Source: Scyliorhinus canicula
Lineage: Eukaryota
DNA length: 64,000 nt
Assembly: GCF_902713615.1 (NCBI RefSeq)
Contig: NC_052158.1
Span: 2,604,001 to 2,668,000 of the forward strand
Direction of reading: 5' to 3'
Under the pieces are notes generated by a model. It made no database searches. It had not been told where the DNA came from and saw only the letters and a program-made list of their open reading frames with translations. Of this stretch, positions 48,854 to 62,981 are shown one piece after another; positions within the stretch are counted from its first letter, which is position 1; each line of letters opens with the position of its first letter. Position numbers and translations under genes: made by a program.

Positions 48854-48969
48854 GGCGAAGATTTGCGTGCCTCCCTTGGAGAACATTGCCGTGAAAGTAA
48901 AGCCAGAGAATTACCTGGGTCCACTGCAGTACTGGACTTGGAAAAATATGTTCAAGATCTTAGACCCAG
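48854..48969 (+). CDS. TRIM exon 6 (116-bp linker exon)
   Basis: ctgcAG|G...YLGPLQYWTWKNMFKILDP G|GTAAC. Confidence 0.88.
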
Positions 48970-50004
48970 GTAACTCGGCGGGATAGATTTCATCCTTGCT
49001 GTATGGGAGGTCAGCTGGGGGGGGGGGGGGGGGGGGGGGCGGCATGTTCTTGAAAGCCCTCTTGATTTTAATGATCTTAAAATCAACAGCGGAAAATATT
49101 GGCGAGTGATCTTGCCCTGATGGCTGTGCGGCAACCTCTGAATCATAGCATTTACAGTTCAGAACGAGGCTATTCGGCCCATCGAGTCTGCACCGGCCCT
49201 TGGAAAGAGCACCCTACTTAAGCCCACGCCTCCACCCTATCCCAGTAACCATACCTAACCTTTCTGGACACTAAGGGGCCAGTCCACCTAACCTGCACAT
49301 CTTTGGACTTGTGGGAGGAAACCGTTGTGGCTGGGGAAAGCAGAGAGACGGGATGGTTGCAACTGAAGATTTCCAGACTGATGGATTTTTATTAAGCAAG
49401 GCCAGACTAATGGCTGTGGAGCCAAGACGGGATAGACAAAGTTACGGTGGTCAGACACAATCCAATTGATTGGCAGAACTGGCTCGAGGGGCTGAATGGC
49501 CTCCCCCTGACCCAGTGCAAGTTTAGTGACGCTGGGCTGTGAATTTGTATGTTCTGCCCCCAGTTTGGCGAATCTGCTGATGGGTGGGTGAGAGGCTTGT
49601 GGAACTGTACTCCAGCAAGAGCAGCTTCCTGTCAGCTGTGGGCAGCACTCTTGTTCAATTCAAGTCTGTTACACAAAGAGGTTCAAATACAGCTGGGCCC
49701 TTCTGCGGCCTTTCAGAGGGGCTATGGTTAATCCGTGGTACTGTTTAGACAAAGAGGCTAGTGTCCTGGGCTATGTTTCCCTTTCAATCAACATAGAAAA
49801 AAGAAATCTGGTGATTGTTATGTTGCTGTTTGCTGGAGCTTGAATGTGTGCATGTTAATGACGACACTTCCTTGTGACATGGAATGGTTATAGCGCAGAA
49901 CGCGGCCGAGCGAGCAGTTCACAGACTGCCGCTCCGTGGCCCTACAAACCTTTTTTGTCTTCAAGGGATGATCCCGTTGTCTATTGAGAGCCAGAAATAA
50001 ATTT

Positions 50005-50686
50005 GTCTCCAATCGGGTCTCCGACAGTGCATTCCCGTCTCCAATCGGGTCTCCGACAGTGCATTCCCGTCTCTAATCGGGTCTCCGACAATGCATTCCC
50101 GTCTCTAATCGGGTCTCCGACAGTGCATTCCCGTCTCCAATCGGGTCTCCGACAGTGCATTCCCGTCTCCAATCGGGTCTCCGACAGTGCATTCCCGTCT
50201 CCAATCGGGTCTCCGACAGTGCATTCCCGTCTCCAATCGGGTCTCCGACAGCGCATTCCCGTCTCCAATCGGGTCTCCGACAGCGCATTCCCGTCTCCAA
50301 TCGGGTCTCCGACAGCGCATTCCCGTCTCCAATCGGGTCTCCGACAGTGCATTCCCGTCTCCAATCGGGTCTCCGACAGTGCATTCCCGTCTCCAATCAG
50401 GTCTCCGACAGTGCATTCCCGTCTCCAATCGGGTCTCCGACAGTGCATTCCCGTCTCCAATCAGGTCTCCGACAGTGCATTCCCATCTCCAATCAGGTCT
50501 CCGACAGTGCATTCCCGTCTCCAATCGGGTCTCCGACAGTGCATTCCCATCTCCAATCGGGTCTCCGACAGTGCATTCCCGTCTCCAATCGGGTCTCCGA
50601 CAGTGCATTCCCGTCTCCAATCAGGTCTCCGACAGTGCATTCCCGTCTCCAATCAGGTCTCCGACAGTGCATTCCCGTCTCTAATC
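50005..50686. repeat. Minisatellite, 32-bp unit GTCTCCAATCGGGTCTCCGACAGTGCATTCCC, about 21 copies, in TRIM intron 6
   Basis: Direct reading; no spacers between units. Confidence 0.97.
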
Positions 50687-51510
50687 GCTCAGTGCATTTT
50701 TTTTTTAAAGTTCTCTTCATGGTACCTTACAATAATAATCTTTCATTAGTGTCACAAGTAGGCTGACATTAACACTGCAATGTAGTTACTGTGAAAAGCC
50801 CCTAGTCGCCACATTCCGGCTCCTGTTCGGGTACACAGAGGGAGAATTCAGAATGTCCATTTCACCTAACAGCACATCTTTCGGGTTATTTTGTGAATGA
50901 CAGTGACATGGAGGAAGTATTTAATTGGCTCAAAAGCAGTTTGCATTTATCCTAAATTTGTGAAAGGTGCTGCATAAATCTGTCTTCCTTTTCGATATAT
51001 AAACATAGACTTGGAAATATATCGGCCGTTTCTTCACTGTCACTGGGTCCAAATCACAGAACTCCCTCCCGAACAGCACTATAGGTGTACCTACATCTCT
51101 GGGACAGCGGGGGGAGCGGGGGGGTGTTCAAGAAGGCAGCTCACCACCACCTTGTCAAGGGGCAATTGGGAATGGACAAATGCTGGTTTAGTCCGTCGCC
51201 CCCACATCCCGTGAATGAATAAAAGGTCCATACTGTTGTTAATCTTTATTGTCACAAGTAGACTTACTTTAACACTGCAATGAAGTTACTGTGAAAATCC
51301 CCTGGTCGCCACAAACCGGAGCACCCGGAGAAAACCCACGCAGACACGGGGAGAACTCCACAAGCCAGGAATAGAATCCGGGTCCCTGGTGCTGTGAAGC
51401 AACAGTGCTAACCACTGTGCAACTGACAGCAGAAAGCAACTGATTTTGTTTAATGATTTTTGGTCATGTTTGTCTTCAACTGTTCTAATGTTGAATAATC
51501 TCTTTAACAG

Positions 51511-52049
51511 GCCTTTCGAACCTGACCTTCAACCCCGCCACCGCGTGTTCTCACCTCTCCCTCTGTGGTCCGACCAGAGTGAGGTACAGCGACAAGGTCA
51601 AGGTGGTCCCCGACAGCCCGGAGAGGTTCAACGTGGCCGCCTTCATCCTGGGCTCGGACGGCTTCACGTCGGGGAAGCACTACTGGCAAGTGGACGTGGG
51701 GGATGGCAAAGATTGGAGCCTGGGCGTCGCCAAGGAGTCCATCAACCGCAAGGGTGACCTGCGGCAGTCCCCCAAGCACGGCTACTGGACCATATACCGG
51801 GAGAAGGACACCTTTGGAGCTTTTCTTTTCCATCCCAAAACAATCGAGGCGAGGGGCAATCCCACCCGGATCGGCGTCTACCTGGACTACGAGGGCGGAC
51901 GGGTCTCCTTCTACGACGCGGATCTCTGTTCTCACCTCTTCACTTTCCATGCCACCTTCTCCGAGAAGCTCTATCCTTTCTTCTACCCGGGCTTGAAGGT
52001 GACCAAGAGCAATAACGGGATGCTGAGGATACAGCACCTGTACCTGTGA
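51511..52049 (+). CDS. TRIM exon 7: PRY/SPRY (B30.2) domain; spliced CDS 1425 nt, 474 aa
   Basis: LTFNPATA, PERF, GFTSGKHYWQVDV, WSLGVA, IGVYLDYEGGRVSFYD and LYPFF motifs; summed exon lengths stay in frame. Candidate AATAAA at 53050. Confidence 0.93.
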
Positions 52050-54639
52050 ATCCGTCAGGGCCAGAGCTGCCAATTGCATGTCGGGGATCAGTTCAACCTG
52101 CAGCTTCTTCGGTGGGTTATTCAGTGGATTCTCTCTCTCTCTCTCTCTCTCTCCCCCGCGCCCCCCCACAACCCGGCACCACATCTCGCCATGCCATAGA
52201 AATTCTCTCCTGAAGGTGCTGATTCTCCCTGGGAGGTGGACCCACAAGTGGCCGGCAAACTGGCCCAATCGCGACTCCTTTCTCGGTGGGTTATTCCAGA
52301 GTTAGTGTTGGCGGGGCCGTTCGGCCAGGTTGTAGCGAAGCACTGCCACAAACCCGACAGGCATTAGCAGGACGCCTGCGTTTGGCCAAACCGGCGAGCA
52401 AAGAAGGGTAAGAGGCACAGTGCATATTTATCTTGACTACATCGAACTTTACAATCCAGGAACTCAAGCTTCCTGGCTTGTGCTCAACGCAAGCCTGCTC
52501 CTGTACTACATGGTCTCGCCCCGTCGCTGTAACCTTCCCGTCAGCTATTCCTGATGTACTTAACTAACTAACCCCTGAAATGCTTCTTTGTCATTCGGGT
52601 CAATCACTGGTAGCTGTGGTGCACACAGAGTGGGAGAAACACATCCAGTGAGTTTGTATTTTGTTCATGGAGATATCTCTCAAATCAACAGCGTTTGAGC
52701 TCTGTTCTGTGTGCGAACTTGCACACAGAAAAGGATTTATGAACCGCGCCCAAGTGTTTATGGCAGGTGTGCCTGCAGCAACTCCAAATCGCTGCTGCGC
52801 AAGATAGCCAGTGTAAACATGGCAGCACCACTCCAGAACTCTACGAGACAAGCCCTTTGAGTCGCTTTCCCAATTGTTTGCAGTTTAATTCATCTGCTCA
52901 ATACAAACTAACCTGCACCCGCTTAGCGAGGCGAAGGCTTTAAGTACACGCGAGGTGATTGAACATTACCAAAATGTTATTTGCTTTACTTTGTTTGCGT
53001 TCAGAGCACACAAACTAGCTGCAAAGTAGCGACGGAACACAGCCTCCAAAATAAATGGAGCCCTCGAGCTGGGTGTCACCTGTCAGCTTTGCAAATCGAT
53101 TGTGTAAACGGTCCCAGTTGAATGCTGTTTGCTCACTCTTTTTCTAAATTTAGAGTACCCAATTCATTTTTTCCAATTAAGGGGCAATTTAGCGTGGCCA
53201 ATCCACCTACCCTGCACATGGTTGTGGGGGTGTGAAACCCACGCAAACGGGGAGAATGTGCAAACTCCACGCACAGTGCCCCAGGGCCGGGATTGAACCT
53301 GGGACCTCAGCGACGTGAGGTAGCAGTGCTACCCACTGCGCCACCCTGCTGCCCACTGTTTGCTCAGTATAACCGACTGCTCGCCCCAAATGATAGATTA
53401 TGGCAACTACATCAGATGTCCTGGGTCCCTGTCTGCACGTTCTCCCCGTGTCTGCGTGGGTTTCTTCCCGGTACTCCGGTTTCCTCCCACAAGTCGCCAA
53501 AGATGTGCTGTTAGGTGAATTGGACATTCTGAATTCTCCCTCTGTGTACCCGAACAGGCGTCGGAGTGTGGCGACGAGGGGCTTTTCACAGTAACTTCAT
53601 TGCAGTGTTAATGTCAGCCTACTTGTGACAATAATAAAGATTATTATATGCTATCAGGATAGCAGGCGGACATCCAAATTGTAGCCTGTAAGGTTCGCAG
53701 CTCCCTGGTCCCGAGACGGAGCTCCACTTGCAATTATCCGGTTTGTTTGAAACGGGTAAGCCTGCAGCATTTCGAATTCGGTTGTTGGTACGGTTACTGA
53801 ATTAGTTGTGCAAACGTTAAATGGGGTTCCTCGAGCTCCATTGGTTTCTGCAGCTGTGCAGGTGAACGGGAGTGTGTATCCAAACCCACCTATGAAAAGC
53901 TTGGGTATCCCTAAATTACTGGTCCATCTTAGTTACATAGCGAGTGAAATTGATACGCCGTCTTCAGAGGGCAGCAGCGGCATTATTGGCCAACCCTGGG
54001 TAATCACGTGGATGGAGCAGTGGATTTTGACTCCTGTCATTTTTAACCACAATGCCCTGGTCCTTTAATCCAGCTTGGGATTATCGGACGTTCCTTCTCT
54101 CCCAGCTGTAACCATTCCAGGCAAAATGAAAAACAGAAAATCCCAGGAAGCTCGGCAGGGATGGCAGCATCTGTGGAGAGAGAAACAGTTCACGTTTCGA
54201 GCCTGTGTGTGTGACTCTTCCGAGCTAAAGAGGGAAAGAAAAGTGATGGATTATAGACTGGATAAGAGGGGGAGGGGGGTGGAGCAGGGTGGAAGGTCTG
54301 TGATGAGTGAGAGCGAGGAGAGATTGGACAACGGTTCGGACACAGACACTGTAAATGGTTGTGTTAAAGACTAAAATAGATGCAGATAGTGGCTTAAAAG
54401 GAAAGATACTTTTTTTGGGGTTGTGCATTTCAGATGACCACACTGCATTGGGGGAGGGGGGGGATTCTCCTCGCACACCTCTCAGAAATATTTCCCAAAT
54501 ATCTCAATGCTCTGTCCTCTTCTTACTGATCCCTCCTATCTGTAGATACATTTTCACCCGGGATACTCCACCCGAACCTCCTGACCATCTCTGTTATATC
54601 TTCCCTCATCCTACCATCAACCAAGTGGAGTTTTAGAAT

Positions 54640-54955
54640 ATCGAACATACATACAGAGCAGAAGGAGGCCATTCGGCCCATCGAGTCTGCACCGACCCAC
54701 TTATGCCCTCACTTCCACCCTATCCCAGTAACCCCATCTAACCTTTTTTGGACACTAAGGGCAATTTATCACGGCCAACCCACCTAACCTGCACATCTTT
54801 GGACTGTGGGAGGAAACCGGAGCACCCGGAGGAAACCCACGCACACACGGGGAGAACGTGCAGATTCTGCACAGACAGTGACCCAGCGGGGAATCGAACC
54901 TGGAACCCTGGTTCTGTGAAGCCACCGTGCTAACCACTGTGCTACCGTGCCGCCC
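54640..54955 (-). mobile_element. Full-length HE1/V-SINE-like element
   Basis: Head, core and tail present. Confidence 0.85.
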
Positions 54956-55331
54956 CTTTTGACACACTATATTGAATGTCATGCAAAATACTTTAAAGTT
55001 CAGGTGATAAAGAAGATGCAGACTGTCCCGATTGTTTTATTACTTACCCAGTAACAGAATTATGACACACATTGAATGATATGCTCGCTCTCTAACCTGT
55101 GCGTAAACTCATTGAGATAATTTTCTTAGATTTCCTACTTTAAATTTGTAAACGTGTTTCAATGGAATGGATTGGTGACTTAACACAGCGCGCCAAAAAT
55201 GTCTATGTCCATGTGTGACAGAGTTAATTAACGCAGTCAGTCAGCAAACTTGGAAGCAAAAGATTGTGTTGCTTCTAACGTTTTTTTTTTAAATGAAGGC
55301 TAACTAATTTTGAGGGGAAAGTATTATTTTT

Positions 55332-55551
55332 AAAAGCAAATTACTGCGGATGCTGGAATCTGAAACGAAAGAGAAAATGCTGGAAAATCTCAGCAGGTCT
55401 GGCAGCATCTGTAGGGAGAGAAAAGAGCTCGGGTTTCGAGTCCAGGGTGACCCTTTGTCAAAGCTGGTCATCGGACTCGAAACGTTAGCTCTTTTCTCTC
55501 CCTACAGATGCTGCCAGACCTGCTGAGATTTTCCAGCATTTTCTCTTTCGT
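55332..55551. mobile_element. Fold-back (MITE-like) derivative of Penelope termini
   Basis: 65-bp perfect inverted arms at 55365-55429 and 55487-55551; sequence matches the ends of the Penelope element at 28376-29840. Confidence 0.85.
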
Positions 55552-57596
55552 ATCTTTTTAAAATCCTGTTTTAAGATGCTGTTCCTTCTGCGTTGAATGA
55601 ATGATTGTGTCCTAATATTAAAACAGCCCTAAGCTGGTTGGTTCCAGTATCGAGGATCTTGTTGAGGTTATTTTTGCGATGTTGCTAAGACTTGAGTGAG
55701 GTCAGAAAGGGAGTTGCATTGAAGACGGCATACTGCAATGTTGTGCAATATCTGTGGGTTGCCACGGAGGACGGGGTGGAGTGCATACCTGTCAGGAGTG
55801 TGCATAGCACTCTCAAAACTGTTAAAAGATGCTGCTTCAACTTTATGGAAGTCCCCAGTGTAACCCAGCTGATGCCACATCAGGAGTTATATGTTGGTCC
55901 CTAAGGAATCCGGGTGAAACAAGAGAATGATGAGAATGTGGATCTTGCTTCTACATGGGACTAAATATTTTTTTTAATAAATTGAGTGCCCAATTATTTT
56001 TTTCCAATGAAGAGGCAATTTAGCGTGGCCAATCCACCTCCCCTGCACATCTTTTTGGGTTGTGGGGGGTGAGACCCACCCAGACACGGGGAGAATGTGC
56101 AAACTCCACACGGACAGTGACCCGGGATCGAACCGGGGTCCTCGGTGCCGTGAGGCAGCAGTGCTAACCACTGCACCGCCGTGCCGCCCCCTACATAGGA
56201 CTAAGTAGCATGGATGCATGTACGGGAAAGATAGAGAACATGCCTTTCTCTCGGGGGTTGGTTATGTTGATGGTGTGAAATGTAGAAAGGTGGAAGAGGG
56301 TCCATTGGACCATGAGCATTTCCCTGGACCAGCTGGGCCCTAGGGCCTGTTTGTGGGCTGTAAGACTTTTTAGTTAACTGTTACCATGTACGGCCAAAAG
56401 AATAGGCAGGCCAAATTTGGACATGGTACAGAAGTTTCCCAATCCCCTCAACCTGGATCCCAGTGAGTGCATTCCGTGCCCTTTAGTCGTGTGCTCCCCA
56501 GTTTGAGGAGAATTATTTTGCCTCGAGGGTTGACAGTTTGGAACTAATTTCCGTCCCCCCCCCCCCAGAGACTGCGGCAGAGGCAGTGCCTTTGACTATT
56601 TGACTATTTTCAGGCCAAGATAGATCATTCTTGACCAACAAGAGGGTCAAAGGTTATCGGGGGAAGGTGGAGTATGGAGTTGAGACCGTGATCCGATCAG
56701 CAATGGTCTTATTGAACGGCGGCGCAGGTTCGAGGGCCCGAGTGGGGCCTGATTTCTTTTTTTTCATAAACTCGGCACTTTTTCTCTTGACCGTTGTTGC
56801 TCTTTGTTTTTGGAACCGCCCCTTTGCGGTGAAATTAGCATCTCCGTTCGTTCAGTACCAGGTTGTTGTCCCCATTGTTCTCAAGTGCTTTCTGTCGTAC
56901 TTTCTGATCCCAAGCTATCTGAACTAGGTTCCCTCCCTCTGTCAGGTTCTGACATCCCCACCCCCATGGTTGGCCTTATCCAAAGCTTCTATCCATTATC
57001 CTAGCTAGCATTCACTTACCACCAGCATGCTCGCTGATCTGCATCCTGCATTCCCCAACCCCACCCCACCGTCCCCCTCATCCAGCAATGCAGCCATTTA
57101 CAATCTGCCATTCAGCCTCCCCGATCTCTGTAACCGGCTTCCAGCATTATCACCCTCAGATTCTGTTGCTGGCCACTTGTAAGCTGCAGATTCCCATTCC
57201 ACTGCCATTGGTGACCATTACTTCAGCCAACTAGACTCTCCGCTCTGGAGGGTCTTCCCTCAACCCTTGAGCATCTGTCTCTATCTCTCTCTCTCTCTCT
57301 CCTTTGGCTGGCTGTAAATGTCAGTCGATGGTCACTCCTGGGACAGTTTACTGGATTAAAGTTGCCCGTGAACACAATTTGATTCTGCACCGAATCAACG
57401 GCAGGCTTGACTGCCCTGCGGCCGAGTGTATTTCAAAGTCGCAGGTGAGCGGCAGTGAAGCACGGACGACTTTCCATATACCTTCCTCGATTTGACACAA
57501 TTTGAGACCCATTGTATGAGGTCGGCAGCAACCAAGGATCAATCAGGCCTTGGACCTTTCGTTATCGAATGAAGCTCACTGCTCCATCGGATGTTA

Positions 57597-57935
57597 GGGG
57601 CCTCACGGTAGCATGGTGGTTAGCATCAATGCTTCACAGCTCCAGGGTCCCAGGTTCGATTCCCGGCTGGGTCACTGTCTGTGTGGAGTCTGCACGTCCT
57701 CCCTGTGTGTGCGTGGGTTTCCTCCGGGTGCTCCGGTTTCCTCCCACAGTCCAAAGATGTGCGGGTTAGGTGGATTGGCCATGCTAAATTGCCCGTAGTG
57801 TAAGGTTAATGGGGGGATTGTTGGGTTACGGGTATACGGGTTACGTGGGTTTGAATAGGGTGATCATTGCTCGGCACAACATCGAGGGCCGAAGGGCCTG
57901 TTCTGTGCTGTACTGTTCTATGTTCTATGTTCTAT
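57597..57935 (+). mobile_element. Full-length HE1/V-SINE-like element with (tgttcta)n tail
   Basis: Head, core and CR1-like tail. Confidence 0.85.
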
Positions 57936-58324
57936 GTTTGTCAAATGTTCTGGTCAGTGTTGCCAAGCTTGCTCAGTGTAAAAAAAAACTTCGATTTTTG
58001 TAGCAATTATCACAAACGCAGAACACACCCCCAAAGTGCTTTGCAATGTAGTACTTTGAAGAATAGCCATTATTGTACTGCACCTTAGTGAACGCAGCAG
58101 ATAATTTGTGCACAGCAAGTTTCCAAAACAGCAACACGCACATCCTGTTAGGTAATGGTTTTCTTTTGCTACTGTTGATCGAGGGAAAGATTATTGGCAG
58201 GGTGCCCGGACTAACTAACTGCTCTTCAGACACCTTCTCCATCAGGAGAGGACAGGGGCAGTCAGAGCCTTGGTTCTAATGTCTCACCTAAACACCTAAT
58301 GTAAAGTGCAGGTGGTTACCAGAC

Positions 58325-58915
58325 CTGGGAGGTTTTGCTGCAATTGTATAAGGTGTTAGTGAGGCCACACCTGGAGTATTGTGTTCAGTTTTGGTCGCCT
58401 TACTTGAGAAAGGACGTACTGGCGCTGGAGGGTGTGCAGAGGAGATTCACTAGGTTAATCCCAGAGCTGAAGGGTTGGAGTAAGAGAGGTTGAGTAAACT
58501 GGGACTGTACTCATTGGAAATTAGAAGGATGCGGGGGGATCTTGTAGAAACATATAAAATTATGAAGGGAATAGATTGGATAGATGCAGGCAGGTTGTTT
58601 CCACTGGCGGGTGAAAGCAGAACTAGGGGGCATAGCCCCAAAATAAGGGGAAGTAGATTTAGGACTGAGTTTAGGAGGAACTTCTTCACCCAAAGGGTTG
58701 TGAATCTATGGAATTCCTTGCCCAGTGAAGCAGCTGAGGCTCCTTCATTAAATGTTTTTAAGATAAAGATAGTTTTTTGAAGAATAAAGGGTTATGGTGT
58801 TCGGGCCGGAAAGTGGAGCTGAGTCCACAAAAGATCAGCCATGATCTCATTGAATGGCAGAGCAGGCTCGAGGGGCCAGGTGGCCGACTCCTGCTCCTAG
58901 TTCTTATGTTGTTAT
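58325..58915 (+). mobile_element. Young CR1/HER1-type LINE 3' end
   Basis: LGLYSLEIRRMRGDLVETYKIMKG...FFTQRVVNLWNSLP plus 3'UTR and tail. Confidence 0.9.
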
Positions 58916-61900
58916 GAATTCCTGTAGGCAAGCTCATTAAAATGGACACTGACTTCTTTACTCGCTGGGGGCAACGGGTGGTGGATGGAGAACCCTCTCA
59001 AACACCTGGCTTGCCCCACAGACTCGGGAAATGTGCAACTTGTGCCTTTTCACTTTGCCAAAGTGGAGACAAAAGTTTAATGGTTGCAAAAGATATTAAT
59101 CCAGCCCCATGTCATTACTGTTAGCTGGGGAGCTGATATTTGAGCCAGAATAAAAGAAAATTCTATCGTAGAATCCCTACAGTGCAGAAGGAGGCCATTT
59201 GGCCCATCGAGTTTGCACCGACCCTCTCAAAGAGCTCCCTAACCAATCCCTGTAACCACACCTAACCTGCACCTCCTTGGACACAAGGGCAATGTAGCAT
59301 AGCCAATCCACTAACCCGGAACATCTTTGGACTGTGGGGGGAACCCGGAGCACCCGGTGGAAACCCACGCACACACGGGGAGAGCGTGCAAACTCCACAC
59401 AGTCGCCCGAGGTCGGAATTGATCCCGGATTCCTGATGCTGAGGCAGGAGGGCTGAAGGTGGCTTTCATGTTGCACTCTGTAAATTTACATTTCCTTTTT
59501 ACCGTTTCTAACGGGGACCTTGTGTCGTGGTATAGTTAACCATTGCATGGCGGATGCAAAATCCACATTGTTGCAGCACTAGCGAGGCCTTTGAGTACTC
59601 CAGGTGAAGACGGTATGTCTGTTGTCACTGTCTCAGTGGTAGAGCTCTCTCCAGTGAGTTGTTAAGTCAGACTCTCTCCAGAGTTTAGAAGACACAAATA
59701 TACCCAGGTCAGCACTGAGGAAGTGCTGCACAGTCTGATCGTTCAGCTTTGAGCCCAGACATTGACTGGAGTGTCCATCCGCCTTCTCAACTCGGCAGGA
59801 AAGATCCCACAGCAGTCATTTCAAACCCAGGAGGGGGGGCGGGGGGGTTCCTCCCTAAACACTGGCCAATAGATTACTCAGGATGATCAGTCAGTTGTGC
59901 ATCACTTGGGACCTGTGTACAAAATAGCTGCTGTTCCCCAAATTACTGCAATGGCTGGCACTTCACTGTCTGTAAAACATGCTTGGGCATCCTGAGATTA
60001 CCAATGGTATCACATCAGTGATGGGCAACCTAGGCTAATGAGTGGCCCTCTAATTGGGTGGGCCGCAAGGTTCAAATCAGGCTTGTTCTCCAACCAGACC
60101 CTGTGTATAAGATTGAATACATGTTGCATATTTGAACATAGAACATGCAGTGCAGAAGGAGACCATTTGGCCCACGAGTCTTCCACCCTATTCCCGTAAC
60201 CCAATAACCACTCCAAACCTTTTTGGTCACCAAGGACAATTTATCATGGCCAGTCCACCTAACCTGCATGTCTTTGGGCTGTGGGAGGAAACCGGAGGAA
60301 ACCCACGCAGACACGGGGAGAACGTGCAGACTCCGCACAGACAGTGACCCAGCGGGGAATTGAACCTGGGGTCCTGGCACTGTGAAGCCACAGTGTTATC
60401 CACTTGTGCTACCGTGCTGCCCACAAGTTGGAGAAAATGCTTAATCGTTTATATCTTAATGAAACTGTCATCAACTTCAAACAAAATAAATATTGACACT
60501 TTGGATGCAGAGGGAGCACAAGGCTCACACAGTCAATGTGTGCGATCAGCACACGCCTCACTTCACTTGCCCTTGTTTTACGTGCGAATCTCTTCACACC
60601 GGTGAGAGAAAAGCTACGTGGTCAGGAATCGGCGGAATGGTGCCCCTTTACGTGGGAAAGGGTCAACCAACAAAGTGTCTCATGGGCCGCACATGCGGAC
60701 TGCCCACCCCGGAACTACATTCCAGTTCTTTTATTCGCCAAAGACCTCAGTTTCCTGACACCTTTTTTTAAAGGTTAGGGTGGTTATAGCAGACATGAGA
60801 AATCCTATCCTTTCTGCTTTTTGCTTGCATTGATTTCTAACCTTAGTCGATAATTGATTCCATTTTGTTTCAAGTAATTCTGAAATGAAGTTGCCAGTGA
60901 TCCGGTTAGCAGGGAGTGGGCGCGGTCTGTTGAGTAGGCCAGATTTACAGAGGCTAATTCCTGTTCTGTATTGGGGCGTCAGTGCTTGGTGTCAGTAGCA
61001 GGCGAGCAGAACGGCCTTCACAATGTTCGACTGTACCTTGTGGGTTATGTTATCTGCATTTCACATTTTGGGTTTGGATTGGATATGATTTATTGTCACG
61101 TGTACAGAGGTACAGTGAAAAGCATTGTTCTGCATACAGTCCAGATAGATTGTTCCATCCATAAAAAAACAGGATATACGTAAATACATAATGTACATAC
61201 ACACAGACATTGAGTGGTGTCACTCACACTGACGCTCACCCTGAGCTACATCAGCAAATTAACACTGGGCCCAATATAACCTGTGCTGGGTGCTGAGTAA
61301 ACATGTTAGCTTCCATTTGTGGACCTGATTATGTCTGCAACTTTGATTGACCGCAAGTCGTCTTCCTGTTCAAACTATTACAATATGTAAATGGAAGCAA
61401 GTCATTTCTACTTGAATAAAACCTTCATTTGATTTCAAAGTTTTCATTTCTATGTGTAATTATTTATACGAATGGATAAATATGCAGAGATAACATTTCT
61501 AGCTGAGTGAGATGCATGTGTGTTGGCTGGATAGCTGGTTCATGATGCAGAGATGCCAGCAGCGTGGGTTCAAAACCCGTACCAGCTGAGGTTATTCATG
61601 ACGGCCCTGCCTTCTCAACCTTGCCCCTCTCCTGAGGTGTGGTGATCCTCAGGTTAAATCACCACCAGTCAGCTCTCCCCCCTCAAGGGGGAAAGAAGCC
61701 TCTGGTCATCTGGGACTATAGCGGCTTTACCTTTACCATAACACAATTACCATACATATAACAGCTGCGATTAGGGGCAGCATAACTGGGGGTGCCCCGA
61801 AGATGTGCTGGGGGACTCATTCCACTGCCCCCCCCTCCGTTGCTCCAAAGCGGGCAGTCCCCAGGTGAGAAATGCGCAGCAATTGCTCAGGAAGTTAAAC

Positions 61901-62651
61901 TTCTGTTGGGCAATTGCCCTGGACAGGAAACCATCTGGTAAACACAACATAAATCACAAACTTTGGGTGGTTCCGATTGACTAACAGTGATAGTTATCCA
62001 GAGGGAAACAAGTGAGAAGAATTAAAAAAAGAATTAACATCCAGGTAGCTATAGTACTGGCACCCGAAACCCATGTGGGAGCCCCTCACTAACACTCCCC
62101 ACCCCCCCCCCCCCCTCCTCCCCACAAATCGACTCCAATCACTCATGGAACAGGTCTACTCCCCACGATATTGGCTGGCTTCCCTGTCCATACCTTAACT
62201 AACCATCCTCAAGATGTCTTCTCCCTGGCAAACTTGCTGACCTTCTCCCTGGCTTGTCAAATTGATTACACCATTTAAATTTAACTACTTTTACATCAGC
62301 AACTGCAATGCAAAATTGTGTGTGTGTGGGGGGGGGGGGGGGGTTCGCGGTGAGCGTGAGACCTTCCTTACCTCTGACCTTTCCTGCTCTCTGAACCCAG
62401 CCTCAAGATTCCGCTGCTCCGCCCGGCCTCGGTCAGGGAAGGTGTGGCTTCGAATCCAGGGAAATTGGTAGCTGTGCAGTGGCAGTGTGACTCTGTCATT
62501 CTTAATGCACAAAATGCAATTTGCTTTATGCATTGGGTGGGATGTATTCTCTTCCTGCCCATCACTAATGGTGATTGAGAAGGTATATCGATAACGTAGA
62601 ATCCATTAGAGTGCAGGAGGAGGCAATCCGGGCCCTCTGAAAGAGCACTCT

Positions 62652-62980
62652 GGGCAGCACGGTAGCACAAATGGCTAGCACTGTGGCTTCACAGGGCCAG
62701 GGTCCCAGGTTCGATTCCCCGCTGGGTCACTGTCTGTGCGGAGTCTGCACGTTCTCCCCGTGTCTGAGTGGGATTCCTCCGGGTACTCCGGTTTCCTCCC
62801 ACAGTCCAAAGATGTGCAGGTTAGTTGGATTGGCCATGATAAATTGCCTTTAGTGGCCAAAAGGGTCAGATGGGTTATTGGGTTACGGGGATAGGGTAGA
62901 AGTGAGGGCTTAAGTGGGTCGGTGCCGACTCGATGGGCCGAATGGACTCCTTCTGCACTATGTTTGATGTGTTCTATGAT
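62652..62980 (+). mobile_element. Full-length HE1/V-SINE-like element
   Basis: Head, core and tail present. Confidence 0.85.
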
Positions 62981-62981
62981 A

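Noticed and set aside
50005-50686. CRISPR-like 32-bp periodicity and multiple ORFs
   Set aside because: The units are contiguous with no unique spacers, there are no cas genes, and the context is a eukaryotic intron; the ORFs are repeat artefacts.
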